Source: Psammoneis japonica (lineage: Eukaryota). Taken from it: a DNA stretch of 64,000 nt. The stretch covers positions 511,848-575,847 of the forward strand of contig QPGO01000024.1 of the NCBI GenBank assembly GCA_008632985.1. Reading direction: 5' to 3'. Shown here one piece after another: positions 60,620 to 64,000 of this stretch. Below the pieces are notes generated by a model, which searched no databases, was not told the origin of the DNA, and saw nothing but the letters and a program-made list of their open reading frames with translations. Numbering within the stretch: the stretch's first letter is position 1; every line of letters starts with the position of its first letter. A program made the position numbers and the translations under genes.

Positions 60620-61430
60620 AAGTTGTCAACAATGAGGTGCACACAGGCACACAGGCGCACCGAGCTGCTGGTCCTCCCCCGCCTTCTCTCTCTTCCTCTT
60701 CTTGTGCACTCTTGTTTTTGTTGTCTGTTTTTTTCTCCTCTTCTTGCTGCTCTTTTGCTCTTCCTGCTTCTTCTGTTGTGCACAGCACCTCTTCTTGAGC
60801 CTTTTCTCCAGTGTGCCAGCCTGGCCAGGCTTTTTGTTGCTTGCAGCGACGCCCAGCGCACCAGTTTCTCACTCTCATCTGCTGGCTGGCCAACCCCCCC
60901 CTCTGCTGGCAGCCAAGAAAAAAGGCATTGCACATTGCTGCACACTGCAATGTCTTTGAAAGAGGAGTGAGGTGGACCTCTTCCCTTGCTCTCCATGGCT
61001 TGGCACCTGCTGCACGAGCACGCGGTGTTGAACAACAAAGCATTCAGAACACAGATGCAGTGCTGTGTGCTCAATGAAGAACACACCAGTGTTCTGATTT
61101 TGCTTTGAGCCCCAGCAACAGGAGCAGCCACCAGCAGGGCCCTCTTGCTCTGTGCTGACTCCACAAAAGGCTTCTTCTCCTGCCTGGCTCTTGCAGTTTC
61201 TTGTGCCCCTCCATTTTGCGGCCCTTTTGCAAGAAGAGGAGAGCATCAAACAAGAAAAGAAAGCAAACAAAAAGTGGGGCAGGCAGAGAGAAGGGTGTGT
61301 GTGCTCTGTGTGGAGGCGGGGCTTGGCATCATGCCTGGCACCACCAGACCCAGAGGAAGAGCCATGACATGCTGGGTTGGTGGGCCAGATCTTGTGCTGA
61401 CAGAATGGGGCTGATCTGTGAATTTTTGTC
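60620..61430. mobile_element. TpA-free degenerate block, unclassified
   Basis: Composition only. Confidence 0.4.
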
Positions 61431-61630
61431 ATCTTTCAGGTGCTCCAGGTGATGAGGACAAACAATTCTCTGGGTTCAGTTGAAACGTGTGTGGTGACAA
61501 GTTCTGGCTCCAGCAGTGGGATCACCAGCTGGGCTTTTGTGTGTTTGTCGTTGTGTTCATGGCGGAGGTTGCTTCACCGCGCAAGAGACAAACGCACATC
61601 CAGCAGGGCCCTGCCTGCTTGCTTGCAATG

Positions 61631-62842
61631 GACCATGGAGATTCGGAAAAATTGGTTGCACTGTCCATCTGTCGCCATGCATCCCAGATGAAAATCAGAC
61701 GTGGTGCAAGCAGCCAGTGTGGTGAATCATCGGCCGCGATGCCAAAAAGAAGACACTGTTGCACCACATCATCAAAAGAACATGGAGACAAGAGATCACC
61801 ATCATTGAGAGCTGCATCAATGATCTAAAGCACTGGTTTTTAAACACACAATTGCATTGAAACCCCCAGCAATCCCTCCATGAGTGGTCACCGGTCATCT
61901 CAAGATCCCGCCGCCGACGGTTGGTGTGTTGCATGGGCTCCAACCACTGCCAGTGCTGGCAGCACACAGGCTCCCACTGCCACCAGCACCTGCAGCAAAA
62001 GGCTCCAACTGCCTCCAGTGCTGCTGGCACACAGGTGCCCACCGTCACCACTGCTGGCAGTTGTGCACAGGCTCCCACCACCACCACTGCCAGCAGCACA
62101 CAGGCTCCCACTGCCACCACTGCTGGCAGCAAAACACCTCCAATCACCACCACTGCCAGCAGCATGCAGGGGCACCATCAACACCAGACAAAAAGAATCC
62201 AACCACCTTGAATGCCAGCGGCACCCACCACCACCAGATGGAAAGGACAGTGGTGCACAGGCTCCAACCACCGCAAGTGCTGGCAGCTGTGCAGGGTGCA
62301 GCCTCCCACTGCCACCAGTGCCAGCATCACACAGGGGCACCCACCACTGCCAGATAGAAAGGACAGCAGTGCACAGGCTCCAACCGCTGCCAGTGCTGGT
62401 GGCCACACAGGATGCAGCCTCCCACTGCCACCAGTGCCAGCATCATGCGGGGGCACCAGCAAAAGGCTCCTGCCGCCGCCAGTGCTGCCACATTCAGCCC
62501 TGCCACAATGTGCAGTCCAGCCCATAAATTTATGTTGAAAACAACACCGTCAGAGACGCCACCAATGTGACAGATCTCTTTCAAACTTTCCAACACATTG
62601 TCACATCTAGAAGCATGCACTGTGGCATGGCCACGGGAACGCACTGAAGATGCCGCCACCGCATCATCATCGTGAAAGTGCCATTTGCGCTGGCCTCACG
62701 CAAATTTGAATGAGGCCTGATTGGCGCAACTGCCATTTCAGTGTAGCCCCACGCAATGTCATGCACGTAGAATCCCACACAAGTTTTGTGAACGCATGGA
62801 AGGACAGGCCAAGTGCAACCATTTTTTCAAATCTCCACAGTC
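61631..62842. mobile_element. Non-autonomous TIR element (1.2 kb) inserted in repeat copy A
   Basis: Left end GACCATGGAGATTCGGAAAAATTGGTTGCACT matches the reverse complement of the right end, GACTGTGGAGATTTGAAAAAATGGTTGCACT. The host repeat resumes after it. Confidence 0.8.
61935..62500. repeat. ~33-bp degenerate minisatellite (GGCTCCCACTGCCACCACTGCTGGCAGCACACA) inside the TIR element
   Basis: Visible repeated GGCTCC.AC..C.AC.A.TGC units. Confidence 0.85.
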
Positions 62843-63742
62843 CATGCTTGCTGCTGCTGGCCAGAGCCAGCCAGCAGTGAGCAGCTGGCCAGAGTGGGTG
62901 CATGAAGTGTGAGCAGCCAGCTGGAGTGGGTGCAGTGTGGGCCTCTGCTGGCACTCTCTGGAGTGGAAGTGACAGATCACTCTTCTTCATCTTTCAGGTG
63001 CTCCAGGTGATGAGGACAAACACTTGTCTGGGTTTGGTTGAAAAGTGTGTGATGACAAGTTCTGGCTCTCTTGCAGTGGGATCACCAGCTGTGCTTTTGT
63101 GTGTTTGTCATTGTGCTCACATGGTGGAGGCCACTTCACCATGCAAGGGACAAGTGCACAGCCAGCAGGGCCCTGCCTGCTTGCTTGCAATGCTTGCTGC
63201 TGCTGGCCAGAGCCAGCCAGCAGTGAGCAGCTGGCCAGAGTGGTGGGTGCATTGGCGTGAGCAGCCAGCTGGAGTGGGTGCAGTGTGGGCCTCTGCTGGC
63301 ACTCTCTAGAGTGGGAGTGACAGATCATTCTTCTTCATCTTTCAGGTGCTCCAGGTGATGAGGACAAACAATTCTCTGGGTTTAGTTAAAACGTGTGTGG
63401 TGACAAGTTTTGGCTCCAGCAGTGGGATCAACAGTTGGGCTTTTGTGTGTTTGTCATTGTGTTCATGGCGGAGGCCGCTTCACAGAGCAAGAGACAGACG
63501 TACAGCCAGCAGGGCCTAGCCTGCTTACTTACGATACTTGCTGCTGCTAGCCAGCCAGAGCTAGCTAGCTAGCTAGCCAGCAGTGAGCAGCAAGCTAGAG
63601 TGGGTGCACTGCGGGCCTCTACGGGCACTCTCTAGAGTGATAGATCGTTCTTCTTCATTCGGTCTACTAAGTCAACTACATGTTCCATAGACCTGGGAAA
63701 AAATAGACTGAGCAAATGAAAGAGTCTTAGAGTTGTCTCATT

Positions 63743-64000
63743 TTAGTCTACATGACGACGTTTCGCAGTGCCGCCACGCTGTAGTCGTCTTTCTTCTGCC
63801 TTCCGTTTACGCCTTTTCCGTTCACTTTGGTGCTTCTTCATTTTGCGAGCTGTGGCCACTTGTGGATCCTGAACGGCTTCCACTGCCAATTTCTGCTTGC
63901 GCGCTTCCTTCTTCTCTCGAGCTCGGACCTTCACAGATGCGTACGCCTCTAGGAATCCCTCCGTACCACAGTGCTCTTCCAGCACATGGAGTACGTTTTT
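63743..64000 (-). CDS. 3' end of small-subunit processome component UTP20-like gene (partial)
   Basis: G.E.FLEAYASV...R..RKQKLAVEAVQDP..A..RKMKKH..KRRKRK resembles UTP20 C-termini. The gene runs off the window. Confidence 0.65.
   Translation of the reverse strand, partial: KNVLHVLEEHCGTEGFLEAYASVKVRAREKKEARKQKLAVEAVQDPQVATARKMKKHQSERKRRKRKAEERRLQRGGTAKRRHVD

Larger units (their letters stand above)
61431..63658. repeat. Three tandem copies of a ~350-bp unit: A 61431-61630 plus 62843-62988 (interrupted), B 62989-63336, C 63337-63658
   Basis: Each copy starts ATCTTTCAGGTGCTCCAGGTGATGAGGACAAAC, and the copies align along their length. Confidence 0.92.

Noticed and set aside
61935..62500. 33-bp periodic repeat as a CRISPR array
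   Set aside because: No unique spacers, no cas genes and a eukaryotic context. It is a minisatellite.

Overview
Eukaryotic genomic DNA, most likely a pennate diatom. This is an inference from the compact genes with short GT-AG introns, an MGKGG-type desaturase start and a CoDi-like Copia remnant. About 17 host genes lie in islands of normal base composition: GILT, a tRNA-splicing endonuclease subunit, Nudix, an APP1-like phosphatase, a DHHC palmitoyltransferase, two TauE/SafE paralogs, NOC3, Rab5, DES1, a START-domain protein, a COX14-like protein, PP2C, a frameshifted pfkB kinase, Cwc21/SRRM2, AP-2 mu and the 3' end of UTP20. Between them lie roughly 29 kb of transposon-derived blocks: two CRE-like LINEs, a Copia remnant, tandem Penelope-like elements with hammerhead-like motifs, MITEs/TIR elements and tandem repeats. 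The main observation is that these blocks are nearly free of TpA as well as depleted of CpG. Repeat-copy alignments and rewritten RT catalytic motifs (YxDD to CVDN/HIND) show TA converted to TG or CA on both strands, the opposite of fungal RIP. Surviving TAs lie mostly in TTAA/TTA/TAA contexts, and the effect fades next to genes. This points to a repeat-targeted hypermutation process that I do not recognise as described. Most ORFs called inside these blocks are artefacts of the loss of TAA/TAG stops. All composition statements were made by eye, not computed.
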